Notes under the pieces: model-generated
Database searches by the model: none
What the model was told of the DNA's origin: nothing
Seen by the model: only the letters and a program-made list of their open reading frames with translations
Made by a program: the position numbers and the translations under genes
NCBI GenBank assembly: GCA_028534125.1
Contig: CM052817.1
Coordinates: forward strand, 6,946,001-7,010,000
Source: Lama glama
Taxonomy: Eukaryota
Length of the DNA stretch: 64,000 bases
Direction: 5' to 3'
Part shown: positions 51,856 through 64,000 of the stretch, in pieces
Layout of the letters: each line of letters begins with the position of its first letter
Position numbering within the stretch: the stretch's first letter is position 1

Positions 51856-54855
51856 AAAAGGTTTGATGATGGACTGATAATATAAATTCTGAAAGCAAAT
51901 TCCTAAGTAGATCTGTAACATTAAACATGCTATGCTATCTTAGGCAAACAGTGAAACATAGATAAAGAAGTGCTTATACAGATGTGTTCTGTGTCTAAAA
52001 CTACATGCCAAGGCTCAATCTGAGTAAAATGATAAAATAAAGTACCAAAAATCAATCAGATAAACTAAATGGTTCAAATAAATGTTAAGTAAAAGAGAGT
52101 TTTAGGTCATCTACGGAAGCTAGATTCACCTTTTCTGGTTCCACGCTCCAGGTACTCCAAACTCCTTTTCAGTTGAGAAGCCCACACATTCAGTTTTGCA
52201 CCAAAGCAAAAGACTGTATAAGGTAGTCTTACCCTGAAGGGGGTAGGCAGGAAATATGCAGCAGCAATTAACCCCTAACATTGGTCTTGAAGACCTTGAC
52301 ATATCACCTCTTTAAATATACATCTTATTAATAAGTCAATTTATATGATGGTAGATCACTGCATTTATTAATCCAGCTGTGGGCTGCCTTCTTAGAATAA
52401 GGAAAGCAGTACAGAAGAATCAAAATAACATTGGTCAGATGGCCTGGTCCTGGAAAGACTATGCTCATTCACAGGAACAATATAAATAGTCAATCAGCAA
52501 AACAACTAAGCAAATAAAAATTACACAAAGACACGATTTCACTAAGAGTCAGCTATGAGTAAAGTCTGAGGTCTAGGGTCATCATGAGCCAGTTGTCTTA
52601 GTCACCTAGTCATGGTGTCGCCTGCTGCATAGACAGGAGTCTACATGACTCCAGCTTACACAGCCAGGGACATTGGGGGATGTCTCTTTGCCTCCCCCAC
52701 CCTCAAAATGCTTGCACATCAAGAACAAAATTTCCACTTACTCCCAATTACAACAACACTTAGACTGTTAGACCATCTATCTCAGTTGAGTTTGAATCCA
52801 AGTCCCTTATATTACTTGTAATGAGACTCAAGTCCAGAAGGAGAAAATTACTTTCCCAAGACCACACAGCAAGGTAGTGGCAGATCTGAAATAGGCTGGG
52901 TAGATAAATTAGCGTCAAAATTTTCCCATGAAAAGTGACTGATTTCCCCCAGCAGGTCTCATATAAACTCCAAGCTGGGAGATGACTTCTACAGTTCCCT
53001 TTGATGAATGATGAAAACACATTATATTAAGCAAATGGTAGAAAGAAAAGCTGCCCCAGTAGATTTAATGACCCAACTCTATTTCCTACCAGGTGGAAAG
53101 CGAGAGTTTTGACCTGAGGTGCAGTGAAACTTATATTTGATGTGGCTAAACTCTGGGTTAGACCTGAGAAAGAATGAGAAAAAAGAAACACAGTTAACTC
53201 TCAGGTCTTTCATTTTCCTCAAGAACATAGTACATGTCTCTTAACAAGGTTTCCATGTATTCTCATAATCCGGCCTCAATGGACATTTCATCATCATTCA
53301 TCACACTCTTTGTCATGTGCGTTACCTTAATTACACACAAACTACCTCTCATTCCCCAAACACACCACATTACTTTCTACTTCTGAAACTGTGCATGAGA
53401 TAATCCTTTAATTCCTCCTTGGTTTATCTCTACAGGAAGAGTCATTAGCTTTCATTGAGTGTCCATTCTTTATAGGGACTTGACCTTCTCTTGACTGTTT
53501 TAGCTCTAAAAAAAAAAATTGGCTCTGAGTCCCTGATAATCCAACAATTTTTTAAAGTATAACTTCTTGCTATATTTCAGGACCCAATTTTTCACCTTCT
53601 TTCCCAGTTTCAGTGATTAGGCATCTGCCTTAATCCCTCAGTCACGACTGGGCCAATCATGTTTTCTAGAGGATTACACCTATAGGGTTGGACCCCACTA
53701 TCTGCCCTCGGACTCACTGTTCTCTGCTTCCTTCCATCTCCTGTCTGTTATACTGTGAAGAACATGGTGTTAAGCCATAGCAAAAAAATGTAAGTTAGAC
53801 TTCTGGACATTCAATTTCTTTGTTGCACGCTCTCAGGAAAAGTCACAGCCTCCTGAGCATTGACTGCAGAGTTCGACTGTTGATACCTACCTTCAGTGGA
53901 CTTAAAATACTTAGCTCTTCTCCAACTATCAGTCCTCATGGACTAATCTGGTGGCAGAAGGGAAGCCATGTGCACTGTTCAAAGTGCATCCTTCTATGTT
54001 TCAGATCCAATGGAAAGGATGATTCTCTATCCCAAGAGTTCCATGAGAAGCAATGGAATTGAATCATTTTGCAATGATTTGTGTTAAGCATTCTTCCTCT
54101 TCTTGGCCAGTGGATAGACATGTTTATTGCCCAGACTGGACCCCATACACCTCCTGGGGCTTAGTTATAAGGAAGATGAACCCACTTAAACCCCTTGGTC
54201 TGAGAGAGGTGGAGAAGCCTACATAAAAAAAATGTAGAATGATGAAGGCAGAATAAGGGCAAATATGACCCATGGAGGCAAAAAATAATAAATATCCGCT
54301 AGACCAGGTTTGCTCTGACTCACTCCCAGTCATTTCCTACTGTGGCAGTTTCATTAAATGTTCGAATACCCCATGTTGTGACATAAACCTTCTTTGACTG
54401 CAGGTTCTGTTTCTCTTGAGCTCATTTCAGATGTGTCCTTCTGCAGATGCTTTTTGGTAGAACTAATGACCAAGAAGAAGGAAACCCACTCCAAGTTAAT
54501 GGCTTAAAAAGGAGACAAGTGACTCTAGAAGTATCAGAATCTGAACTTACTCAAGAAATCATGGTAAAATCAAGACCTTGCATATCAATTGATTTTCTAA
54601 CAGAAAATCTGAAAGTCTTTTTTGAGCTGGCCATTGAAATGACCTAAACAGATTCCTACTGCTGAGGACTGGCATCCTGCAGTTTATATCTGTGGCTGCA
54701 TCTGAATAATTTTTTAAGGGGACTGCATGCTGTGTGACTTGGAATAAGTCACTTTTACTTTCTGGGCCTCAGTTTAATTTAATGTAGATGAACAGATTTG
54801 GATGTGATTGTTTATTCAACAACAACAAAAACCTATTAGCCACTTAGTGACTGCG

Positions 54856-54924
54856 AACACTGGAAACATGCCAAGAAAAGAGTCCCTTGAAACACTGGAA
54901 ACATGCCAAGAAAAGAGTCCTTGA
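54856..54924. repeat. ~35-bp tandem duplication
   Basis: aacactggaaacatgccaagaaaagagtcc(c)ttga x2. Confidence 0.9.
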
Positions 54925-55399
54925 TATGAGTCTTGAAAGAAGAGAATGTACTTGTCAAAATGAAAAAGTGAGGGGGGGCAAGGATTGCATTCCAGGGAAA
55001 AGACACATTATAACCAAAAGCATGGATTGTGAAGCAACTTGGCAACTTTGAGTACCTGAAAGAAATGTACGTTGACAGGAAGTGAAGGGTGAGATTAATG
55101 GATCTTAAATGCTGTGCCAATTCTTTATCATCTTCCATGTTGGATTTCCAAAGTTAGATTCTGCAAGTTGCCTTCCAAATTCAAATTTAGAAAACTTGGG
55201 TCCAGGTTAGCATGAGGACTAGGGCACATTATCTGCAAGAGGAAATGATCCTGATATGATTGGCATCTGTGTTTGTTTTGAAGTTAAAAGGACCACATAT
55301 GGAATTGCTTGATTTAGCCTGGAGGAGGATTTATTGTTTAACAAATATTCATTTCTTTCCTCTCTTACTGTGGACATAGCAATCTTTTCTATCTATTGA

Positions 55400-55689
55400 T
55401 ATTAGAATTTTGGTCTCACATAATTGTCCATAATAAGAATGTTCCTTGTTCTTCTGGCTTATCCAAAGAAAGTAAAAAAATATGTGGAGTGGACCTGAAC
55501 GAAACTCATGGCCTAGAATCAAGCCCAGGTGACCCACAGTCTAAGAAGGAATCACTCAGTCTCGATCAGCCAAACCACAGTTGACATAAGTATCCATGGA
55601 TATGAGAGTAAAAGCCTGTTATTGAAAGCTGTTGAATTTTGAGGTGGTTTGTTATGCAGCATTATCATGACAGTGACTGACTAATGGAA
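55400..55689 (+). mobile_element. Old MLT1 (I/J-like) LTR 3' part
   Basis: ttttgaggtggtttgttatgcagcatt...tgactaat. Confidence 0.65.
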
Positions 55690-56239
55690 TCTCTTCCACA
55701 TTAATTAGGAGATCTACTGGATTTCTCCCTCTGTTCCTTGTCCCAGTCCTCCTTCCTTTCTTTCCCAATCCACAGAGACCAGGATATTTTGAGGTAAAAC
55801 TAGATATAATTATGAAAACTTAGTAAAATGATTGTTTCTAAGGAAGAACTCTTATAGTTAATTCTTTGCCAGCTCACACATGGCTGGATATATCCATGGT
55901 CCTGTGTGGTAGGGCACCAGGACAAAGTAGCTTCCTAGAAAATAATTCATAGTGATGACAGGGTCATGAACAAAAGCATGTTGCTCAATGGCAATGGTCA
56001 GATGAAGAGCTAGGTGTTATTCCCTGTTCCCCTCTCACTTCAGTTGAGTGGAGGTTGTAACAGAAGCACAGGAATCTTATTGTTAGAATCTGGGAGACAT
56101 TTTGTATTTCTGGCAATGCGTTGTGGTCTGTGTAATTGGATATAAAGCAGGTCATGGGAAATTATGTTTTAACCACTCCATTTTATTCTGTTACAATGTC
56201 TAATCTTAAGAGCTCTGCTTCAAGATCTTGATTTTACTC

Positions 56240-56279
56240 CACACACACACACACACACACACAAACACAGACACACACA
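56240..56279. repeat. (AC)n microsatellite
   Basis: Direct. Confidence 0.95.
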
Positions 56280-57289
56280 GTGTTATAAATAAAACACCTT
56301 AGCTGTTTGCCAAAGCTCTGTGGTATACAAGAGCTTTGATAATCTGGTATTTGCCTGTTTATTTGTCTTCATCTGATACTGTTTTGCTCCTCATCTTGAG
56401 TCTGTCAAGTTCCATTCTGCCCGGGGCCTCTGCACCTGCTGCCTCTGTTGCTTGGAGTGCTTTTCATCCTCCTTGTTCATCTAATTAATGCTTATTCATG
56501 TTATTGCTTTTAGTCCAAACCTCCTGCAAAAACAAAAAACAAAAACAAAACAAAAAAAAACTTCCTTGAATCCCCAGCCTATATTGTATTTCCCTGGTAA
56601 ACATTCTTGTTCTTGGTCCATTTCCTTCATATTCTTCATCAGAGTCTGTAAATATATTTTCACATAGTTGCTTGATTAGCATATTCTCCTGCACTCTGCC
56701 ATAAGATCTATACAAACCTGCCCTGATGGCAGATCATTATTTCATGAGTAATGCTTAGTATGAGATATACATTCTGGTTCACTGAGAAAGTCATACTTTG
56801 TGCATATCACCTGGAATGATTACTAATAGTGTTCTCTGTTATTCTTAAAGTTGTCCTACTGTGGACAATACATCACACAAGTATGACTCATGGAAAGGAT
56901 CCTAGTGATACTTGTCAAATTATCCTCTTTTCCTTTAGCAAGAATTTGTTCACCTAAGCCTCCTTGCTTCTTCACGTAAAATCATTCTATTCTAGACATG
57001 CCTGGATGTGTCTGAATTTGCAACAAACATTTTGATTTTACCTGTGCCACATAGCTGCTTGAAAAGAGTTGAGATCAGTGGGTTTTAAATTTTTTAAAAA
57101 TTTCCAAGTCTCCATTGCCATCAAGGCTAAAACTTCTTTTAATGTGTATCATGCATCTGAGAATCCTAACAGAATTCATTTATGTCTAAAGTTAGTGGTC
57201 ATGCATCCAGAGAAAATTGAGTTATTTAGCATATTGGTTTAGGAGCATAACCTCCAGTACATTATCCCCGTGGAATTTTGATATAAAGA

Positions 57290-60200
57290 TCTCACTATTG
57301 AAAAGAACATATCTGGTGAAAATTATTTGAAAAAATCTATTTTAAATGTCTGGAAATTGTCTTAGGTCATATAAAGATAAAATAATCAAGAAAATCTACT
57401 AAATCTCAGTGAGAAGAGCAAAAGACAAAGCCATCATAAAAAAAGAAAATACAGAACAATGTAGTTTATGAATATAAACACAAAGATCTTAAACAAAATA
57501 CCAACAAACTTAATTTAGCAGCGTATCACAAAAGTTATTCACCATGACCAAGTAAACTTTATCCCAGGAATTCAAAGTTGGTTCAACATCTGAAAATCAA
57601 TTCAAGTAATACATCTTATTAGTATAATAAACACATGATCATCTCTATTGATATAGGAAACACTTTTGATAAAATCCAGCATGCTATTTAATAAAAACAC
57701 TTAAGAAACTAGGAATAGTAGGAAACTTTCTCAGCCTGAGAGAGGACATTAAAAAAAAAAAAAAAGCACAGATAATATCATGTGACAGGTCAAAAAAGTA
57801 GATGATTTCATCTTAAGATTAGGGACAATTAAGAATGTCCATTCTCACTATTTCTATTCAACATGGTACTTGTGATTCTATCCAGGACAATTACATTATA
57901 ATTAAAAATTAAAAAGTTCAAAATTTGATAATCAGAAATAAAATTGTATGTGACAATATCTTAAACTAAATGAAAATATAACATCAAAATTTTGTTGGGT
58001 GCAGCATTGTTGTGTTAGTGACAGTATGGACTAGGAATGACTGAGGGGCCTGCATGGGCTTGTACTATTTGTGGTGAGACATTTCCCAGAGTAGAGTCAA
58101 CGTTGCATCTGGACCAGCTCTTGTGGTCATTATGCCTGCGTGGAGGACACCTTTCAGCAAGGAGCAATCAGGGAACTTTGTAGAAGACAATTTATTACTC
58201 ACAGGTTGTGACAGGTATACAGTATGCATGAAGGCCACACAGCGAAGTCATGGGCAAAGAAAGAGGGAGGACGTACAAACTTGAGGCTCTGCCTTTATTA
58301 GTTCCTGAGAGTCCATTGCCTAGGATTTTTCAAGTTTACTATTTAATGGAAAATTAAAAGCATAAGAGCAGGAATTAGGGCATGATAAAGGAGAAACATA
58401 TCCATTCAAGTGACCAGGTGTCTAGTCTACCCAGGGGTTTCTAAAAGAGAAAAATCAGTGGAGAAGGGGGGTTCCTCTTTTTCCTTATCTAGTTGTTTTG
58501 CTAGTAATTGTATCATATAGCTGTCAATATGTTTGTTCAAGATGGATGTCTTTGAAATGAATGCCTCAGCAATCAAAAGCTTGATATCAAGCACTTACAT
58601 TATTTCAAAAAGCTCAGTGTCTGGCACTTACACTAAAGGGAAAGCAGTACTTAGCAGGGAACTTACAGCATTGAATGCATATATTAGAAAAGAGAGATCT
58701 AAAATCAATAATATAAGTTTCCACATGAACAAATGAGAAAATAGCAAATTAAATCCAAAGTACGTATAAGAAAATAAATAATAACAATTAGAGCAGAAAT
58801 CAATGAATTTGAAATTGGGAAATCAATAGAGAAAAATCAATGAAGCTAAAAGCTGGTTCTTTGAAAAGATCAATACAATTGATCAGTAAGCCTCTAGGCA
58901 GGCTAACTAGGAAAACAATTCTAACATCAGAAGTGAAAGAGTGGACAGCACTATAGATCCCATGGAAATTAAATGGATAATAAAGGAATACTATGAACAG
59001 CCCTTTCCCCACAAATTTGATAATCTAGGTAAAATGGACCACTTCCTTGAAAGATACACTGTGACAAAACTCACACAAGAAGAAATAGACAATATAAATA
59101 CGACTACATCTATTAAAGAAATGTAATAAATAATTACTGACCTTGCAAAAGAGAAAGCATGAAGTTCAGATAGGTTCACTCATGAATTCTACCAAATAGG
59201 GAAGAATTTGCACCAATTCTCTACAATCTCTTTCTGAGGAGAGAAACAGAGGAAATATGGAAATACTTCTTAAATCAATTCTATGAGGCTAGCATTACTT
59301 TAATACTAAAGCCATACAAAAATATTACAAGAAAAGAAAAACTACAAATTAATATCTCCCATGAAAATAGATGGAAAAATCCTTTAAAAAATATTAGCAA
59401 ATCAAGCCTAAAAAAGTATGAAAAGAATAATGTACCATGATCAGGTAAAATTTATCCTAATTATATAAGACTGGCTCAACATTTGAAAAATCAATTAATG
59501 TAATCCATTAAATCAATTGACTAAAAGAGAAAAATTGCATGATTATATCAATAGACACAGAAAAAGTGTCTGACAGAATCCAAAACCCATTCATGATAAA
59601 AACAGCTCTCAGTAAACTAGGAATAGAGAGGAATTTTCTCAACTTGAAAAGACCACAAAAAACCTACAGCTAACATCATATGCAATGGCAAGAAACTTGA
59701 AGCATTCACTAGGTTAGGTATCAGGCAAGGATACCTCCTCTTACCAAATCTTTTCAACATCATACTGGAAGTTCTTGCTAATGTAATAAGGCAAGAAAAG
59801 AAAATAGAAAGTACACAGATTTGGGGAGAAGACTTACAACTATGTTTGTTTGCACATGACATGATCAGCTAAGTAGAAAGTCTGAAAGAATCGACCAAAG
59901 AAACTCCTGGAACCAACAAGATTGCTGAATATAAGGTTAATACATGAAAGTCAATTGCTTTCCTATATACCAATAATAAACAAATGAAATTCAAAATTAT
60001 AAACACAATACCACTTATATTAGCAGCCAAGAAAGAAAACCTATCATTTAAAGAATGAGACAATATTTGAAAATCATTTATCTGATAAAGAACTCATATC
60101 TAGAATATAAAGAATTATTACTGGGCAAAAAAATTAAAAAGTAATAATTGGAAAAACTCTGAATATTTCTTCAAAGAAGATGTACAAATGGACAATAAGC

Positions 60201-60520
60201 ACATAAAAAATGCTCAAAATCAGTAACCATTAGGGAAAAATGAACCAAATTCACAGTGTCATACCACTGTACACCCAACCAGGATGACAATAATATAAAT
60301 AAAAATTGAGACAGTAACAAGTGTTAGGGAGGAAGTGGAGAAGATAAATATCCTGCTTGAGTTTGAGGTCTATTTTTGGGATGATGTAAATGTTCTAAAG
60401 TTGTTATAATACTTACACAATTCTGTGAATGTACTAAACACCTATGAATGGTACACTTTAATTAGGAAAATTGAATAATATGTTAATTTTATCTCAATAA
60501 AGCCACTTTATACAAACACA
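57290..60520 (+). mobile_element. Composite decayed L1M ORF2 fragments
   Basis: ORF2 remnants (ALNAYIRKE, EYYEQ...KFDNLGKMDHFLE...LTQEEI, caccatgaccaagt, ttcaacatcatactggaagt) and a 3' end near 60500. Confidence 0.85.
58010..58599 (-). mobile_element. ERV LTR (possibly ERVL) inserted in L1 ORF2
   Basis: L1 stops at ...ggtgcagc and resumes at aaagcagtactt; minus-strand TGTAAGTGC start; tttatt near 58191. Confidence 0.65.
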
Positions 60521-60661
60521 TACCTATACAGATGCATTTATAATTATTGTTGTTTTTTAAATGCATAGATTCCAGAGAAGATGGTCTGAATTTGAATTCT
60601 AAGTCTTTTGATTCCTAGCTGTATAATCTTCAGCTTTGGCACAGCTCTCATCTCTTTTTTG

Positions 60662-61161
60662 NNNNNNNNNNNNNNNNNNNNNNNNNNNNNNNNNNNNNNN
60701 NNNNNNNNNNNNNNNNNNNNNNNNNNNNNNNNNNNNNNNNNNNNNNNNNNNNNNNNNNNNNNNNNNNNNNNNNNNNNNNNNNNNNNNNNNNNNNNNNNNN
60801 NNNNNNNNNNNNNNNNNNNNNNNNNNNNNNNNNNNNNNNNNNNNNNNNNNNNNNNNNNNNNNNNNNNNNNNNNNNNNNNNNNNNNNNNNNNNNNNNNNNN
60901 NNNNNNNNNNNNNNNNNNNNNNNNNNNNNNNNNNNNNNNNNNNNNNNNNNNNNNNNNNNNNNNNNNNNNNNNNNNNNNNNNNNNNNNNNNNNNNNNNNNN
61001 NNNNNNNNNNNNNNNNNNNNNNNNNNNNNNNNNNNNNNNNNNNNNNNNNNNNNNNNNNNNNNNNNNNNNNNNNNNNNNNNNNNNNNNNNNNNNNNNNNNN
61101 NNNNNNNNNNNNNNNNNNNNNNNNNNNNNNNNNNNNNNNNNNNNNNNNNNNNNNNNNNNNN
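60662..61161. other. Assembly gap (500 N)
   Basis: Run of N; an L1-like 3' tail (caataaaaaaa) follows it. Confidence 1.
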
Positions 61162-61249
61162 AAAACTGAGTCACCACACTGTACATGAGAAACACAAAAT
61201 AAATTAACTAAACTTCAATAAAAAAAGAATTAAAATTAAAAAAGTAAGA

Positions 61250-61672
61250 AACAATGGTACAGCATAAAGCAGGGTCCCGTTTCTCCACAAAGGATATACG
61301 TAACAAGCTGATACAAATCTCTGAGTTTTTCTATCAGAACTAAGGCCCCACTCAGGTGGGGGATGGTAACTTCAGGCTGAGTACAAGCAGTGAACCCAAA
61401 ACTGGTTGGAACCAGAAGGCTGATGATAGAGATTCCTGGAGCACCAACCTATTACCTCCCAGCCAACCTGTCAGAGCACCCTCTAGACCTCCCTGCAAAT
61501 GCTGTCTATATAAACTCCTCCCTGAACCCCATCAGGGACGTTGGGTCTTCTGAGCACAAGCATCCCATTCTCCTTGCTTGGCATTGCAATAAACCTTTCT
61601 CTGCTCCAAATGCCAAAATTTTGGTTTGTTTGACATAACTATGAGTCAGGCACATGAACGTGGGTTCAACAA
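61250..61672 (+). mobile_element. ERV1-type LTR related to 4316-4952
   Basis: tatataaa, caataaacctttctctgctccaaa...tgggttcaaca shared with 4865-4952. Confidence 0.75.
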
Positions 61673-62050
61673 TAAAATGAGAAGCCACTGTAAGTTTTTG
61701 AGCAAAGAAATTGCACGATCTGATTGTTTATCACTTTGGCTGCTGTGTTGAAGAATGGATTGCTAGGGGGGCAAGAGTGAAAGCCGGGAGGACAATTAGA
61801 TCCGTGTTTGCAGTGATCCACCGAGAGATGATGATGGTGGCTCAGACCAAAGAGCCAGCAGTGGAGGAAGTGACAATGGCAGAGTTCTGGATGTGTTGGA
61901 GTATAGCGCCAAGAGGAATTCCTGGAGAACTGAATATGAGGTGAGAAACAGGAGTCAGTGGTGACAGTAAGGGTTTTGCCCTGAGCATCTGCAGCTAAGG
62001 CATTGTCATCAGCTGAGACGGGAAAGATGATGGGTAGATCAGATCTTGGG
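61673..62050 (-). mobile_element. L2 fragment
   Basis: gagaagccactg...tttgagca...atcactttggctgctgtg...ttttgccctgagca. Confidence 0.7.
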
Positions 62051-62099
62051 GGACCCCTTATCTTTTTCTTTCCACACCGTATCTAATTGGTCACAATCC

Positions 62100-62380
62100 A
62101 TACAAATAAGAAACTAACAATAACAACCAAATTAATAAAAAGCATCTAACATTTACTTAAAGCACATTATGCTCCTTTCCTTTCCTAGCACTTTACCTGT
62201 ATGACCTCACTCAATGCTGATAATACACCACAAGGTTTTATTATCTACATGTTTACAGATAAAGGAAACTAAGTCCAGTAAGGCAAAGAAAACTTGCTCA
62301 AGGTGACAGGCATTTTATAACAAAACTGGGATGTAACATCAAACATTTCAATTCCACAGTCTGAAATCTTGACAGCTATG
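62100..62380 (-). mobile_element. MIR
   Basis: tttacagataaaggaaactaag...aacttgctcaaggtgaca. Confidence 0.7.
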
Positions 62381-62842
62381 GTGAATAAATATGCATATAC
62401 AATTCTCTTACATGTTTCTGCATTTCTTCTGCTATTGTTTTGGCTCTTACCCCTTCATCATTCTAAAGCAAGTGTTTCAAATCTGACGTTCCTTTCTGAT
62501 AGCCTTGCCTCTTATTTTGCCATTCTGCATATAACTAAAACAGAGATCTTTATAGAAATTTCTAAATTAATTACATCATTCCTTCACTCAAATCCTTTGA
62601 TGCTTCCATATTATCCACAGAATAAAACAGAATCGCCTCACCAGTTTACTCAGACTAGGCGGTGGGCCCAGTCAGTTGCTCATACAACAATCAGCCCTTC
62701 CCATCCTTGGGAAGAGCACCTTCATTGTGGCAATGTGCCCAGGCCCAGGGAAATAAGGTCAATCAGTCAATGATAGTCATGGTTATTGCATTAGGAGTTA
62801 CCTGTGACTAGACTGGGAGTGAGCATGGAACTCCCCTCTTAC

Positions 62843-63002
62843 TTACCAAAATAAATGGTGCCCAATTAAACTCTAATTTCAGATAAATAGCCAGCTATTT
62901 TTTTGTGTATGTTCCAAATAATATACTAAACATTGTTTATTGCTTATCTGAAATTCATATTTAATGATCTTGTGTTTTTATTTTCCAAACTTGGGAACTG
63001 TA
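62843..63002. mobile_element. MER53 palindromic hAT MITE
   Basis: aatttcagataaa...tatactaaa...ttatctgaaattcatatttaa inverted arms. Confidence 0.7.
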
Positions 63003-63599
63003 AACAAAAGAAGAAATCTACTGGAAGCCCATGGAAATACTTTGTCTCCCTTAGAAAAATAAAAGGAGAGCTTGAAGAGATGGTCTGTTTACTCCCACTC
63101 TTGCCCTCCGCATATGGGACATGGTTCTGGGGCACTCTAATGATGCTTGTTGCTATGGTAGCCATCTAACCGTCTTGCAATAATGAGGGAAAAGCCAAGA
63201 GAACGTCAAACATTCGAACCCAGTGCCCTAGTGTCTTTGAGCCATTGAACCAGATCTGAAACTACTTCCTTCCAAACACTAATTAGAAGCCCCTGTTACT
63301 TACAGCTCTACTAGGTTAGCTGTCTGTTACTTGCCACTGACGGCATCTTATGTGATGGAGGCAGTTGATGATCTAGCCTCTGTTTACTTCTCAGTCCCAC
63401 TTTCACCATCATCAGCGATGGGAGGGTACCTTCTAGTCTTATCAAATTATCTGTAGTCACCAAACATGTTATGTTCATGCACCTGTATTTTTATAAATTA
63501 TATTCATAAAATTATATTTTCCTCTCCTGATCTATATATGGATCCCTCTGATCATCTGCCACCTGTCACTCATTCTTTAAGCTTATAATCAAAGGGTTA

Positions 63600-63980
63600 T
63601 TTTTCATTAATGTATTTATTTATTCACAAGCCCATTAACTCAACCAACACATATTTAGTGCACAGATACAATGGTTTAGTCAGTGTGATAAGTATTAAGA
63701 AAAAATAGTGAACAATATAAACACTGTTTTTTGCCCTCAGTAAGCTCATGGTCTGGTGGAACACTCAGACTTCAGATAAACAATTATGCCATGATTTACT
63801 TAAGCTCAATGGTGAAAAGTGTTAAAATAGCAAAATGCAGCATGTAAGAGAACAAATCAGGGTTAACCCAAAGGGGTCTAAGAAGGAGAGGTATTTGTGT
63901 GAATATGTTAAGGGAGGTGAGGCATTGCCCCAAGCCAAGTAATGTGGACAACCTCTTGAGACTGGAAAAGACACAGAAGT
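63600..63980 (-). mobile_element. L2 3' end
   Basis: ttcattaatgtatttatttattca...caacacatattta...tgccctcagtaagctcatggtctggtgg. Confidence 0.7.
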
Positions 63981-64000
63981 GACGTCTCCCCTTTCTCCTC

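Noticed and set aside
54856..54924. Direct repeats as a CRISPR-like array
   Set aside because: Two abutting copies without a spacer in mammalian DNA: a simple tandem duplication
60599..61207. Long ORFs of 177-199 aa
   Set aside because: N-gap artefacts
4316..61672. Related LTRs at 4.3 kb and 61.3 kb as ends of one provirus
   Set aside because: 57 kb apart, diverged, and no gag/pol/env or shared TSD seen; these are independent solo LTRs

Overview
This is eutherian mammalian genomic DNA. The young L1 3' UTRs and the absence of recognisable Alu, B1, SINEC, Bov-A/BovB or PRE SINEs suggest a cetartiodactyl, possibly a camelid (inference). I recognise no intact protein-coding gene. The six-frame ORFs are chance ORFs, N-gap artefacts or decayed transposon fragments (L1 ORF1/ORF2, L2 RT, a hAT-Blackjack-type transposase). 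A large part of the window is interspersed repeat: MIR, L2, old L1M, MaLR/ERV solo LTRs, hAT fossils and younger L1s. There are two 500-N assembly gaps. The best-supported observations are: (i) a ~330-bp TSD-bounded 'mini-L1' made of an L1 5' end joined directly to an L1 3' end; (ii) two L1 insertions with twin-priming inversions and TSDs; (iii) nested solo LTRs with TSDs; and (iv) a dense ETS/STAT/IRF/CRE/octamer motif cluster at ~38.8-39.8 kb, with a promoter-like region at ~36 kb. A minus-strand spliced transcript is possible but speculative. Repeat family names come from memory of consensus sequences, not from a database search, and boundaries without TSDs are approximate. I found no convincing evidence of a novel multi-gene system.
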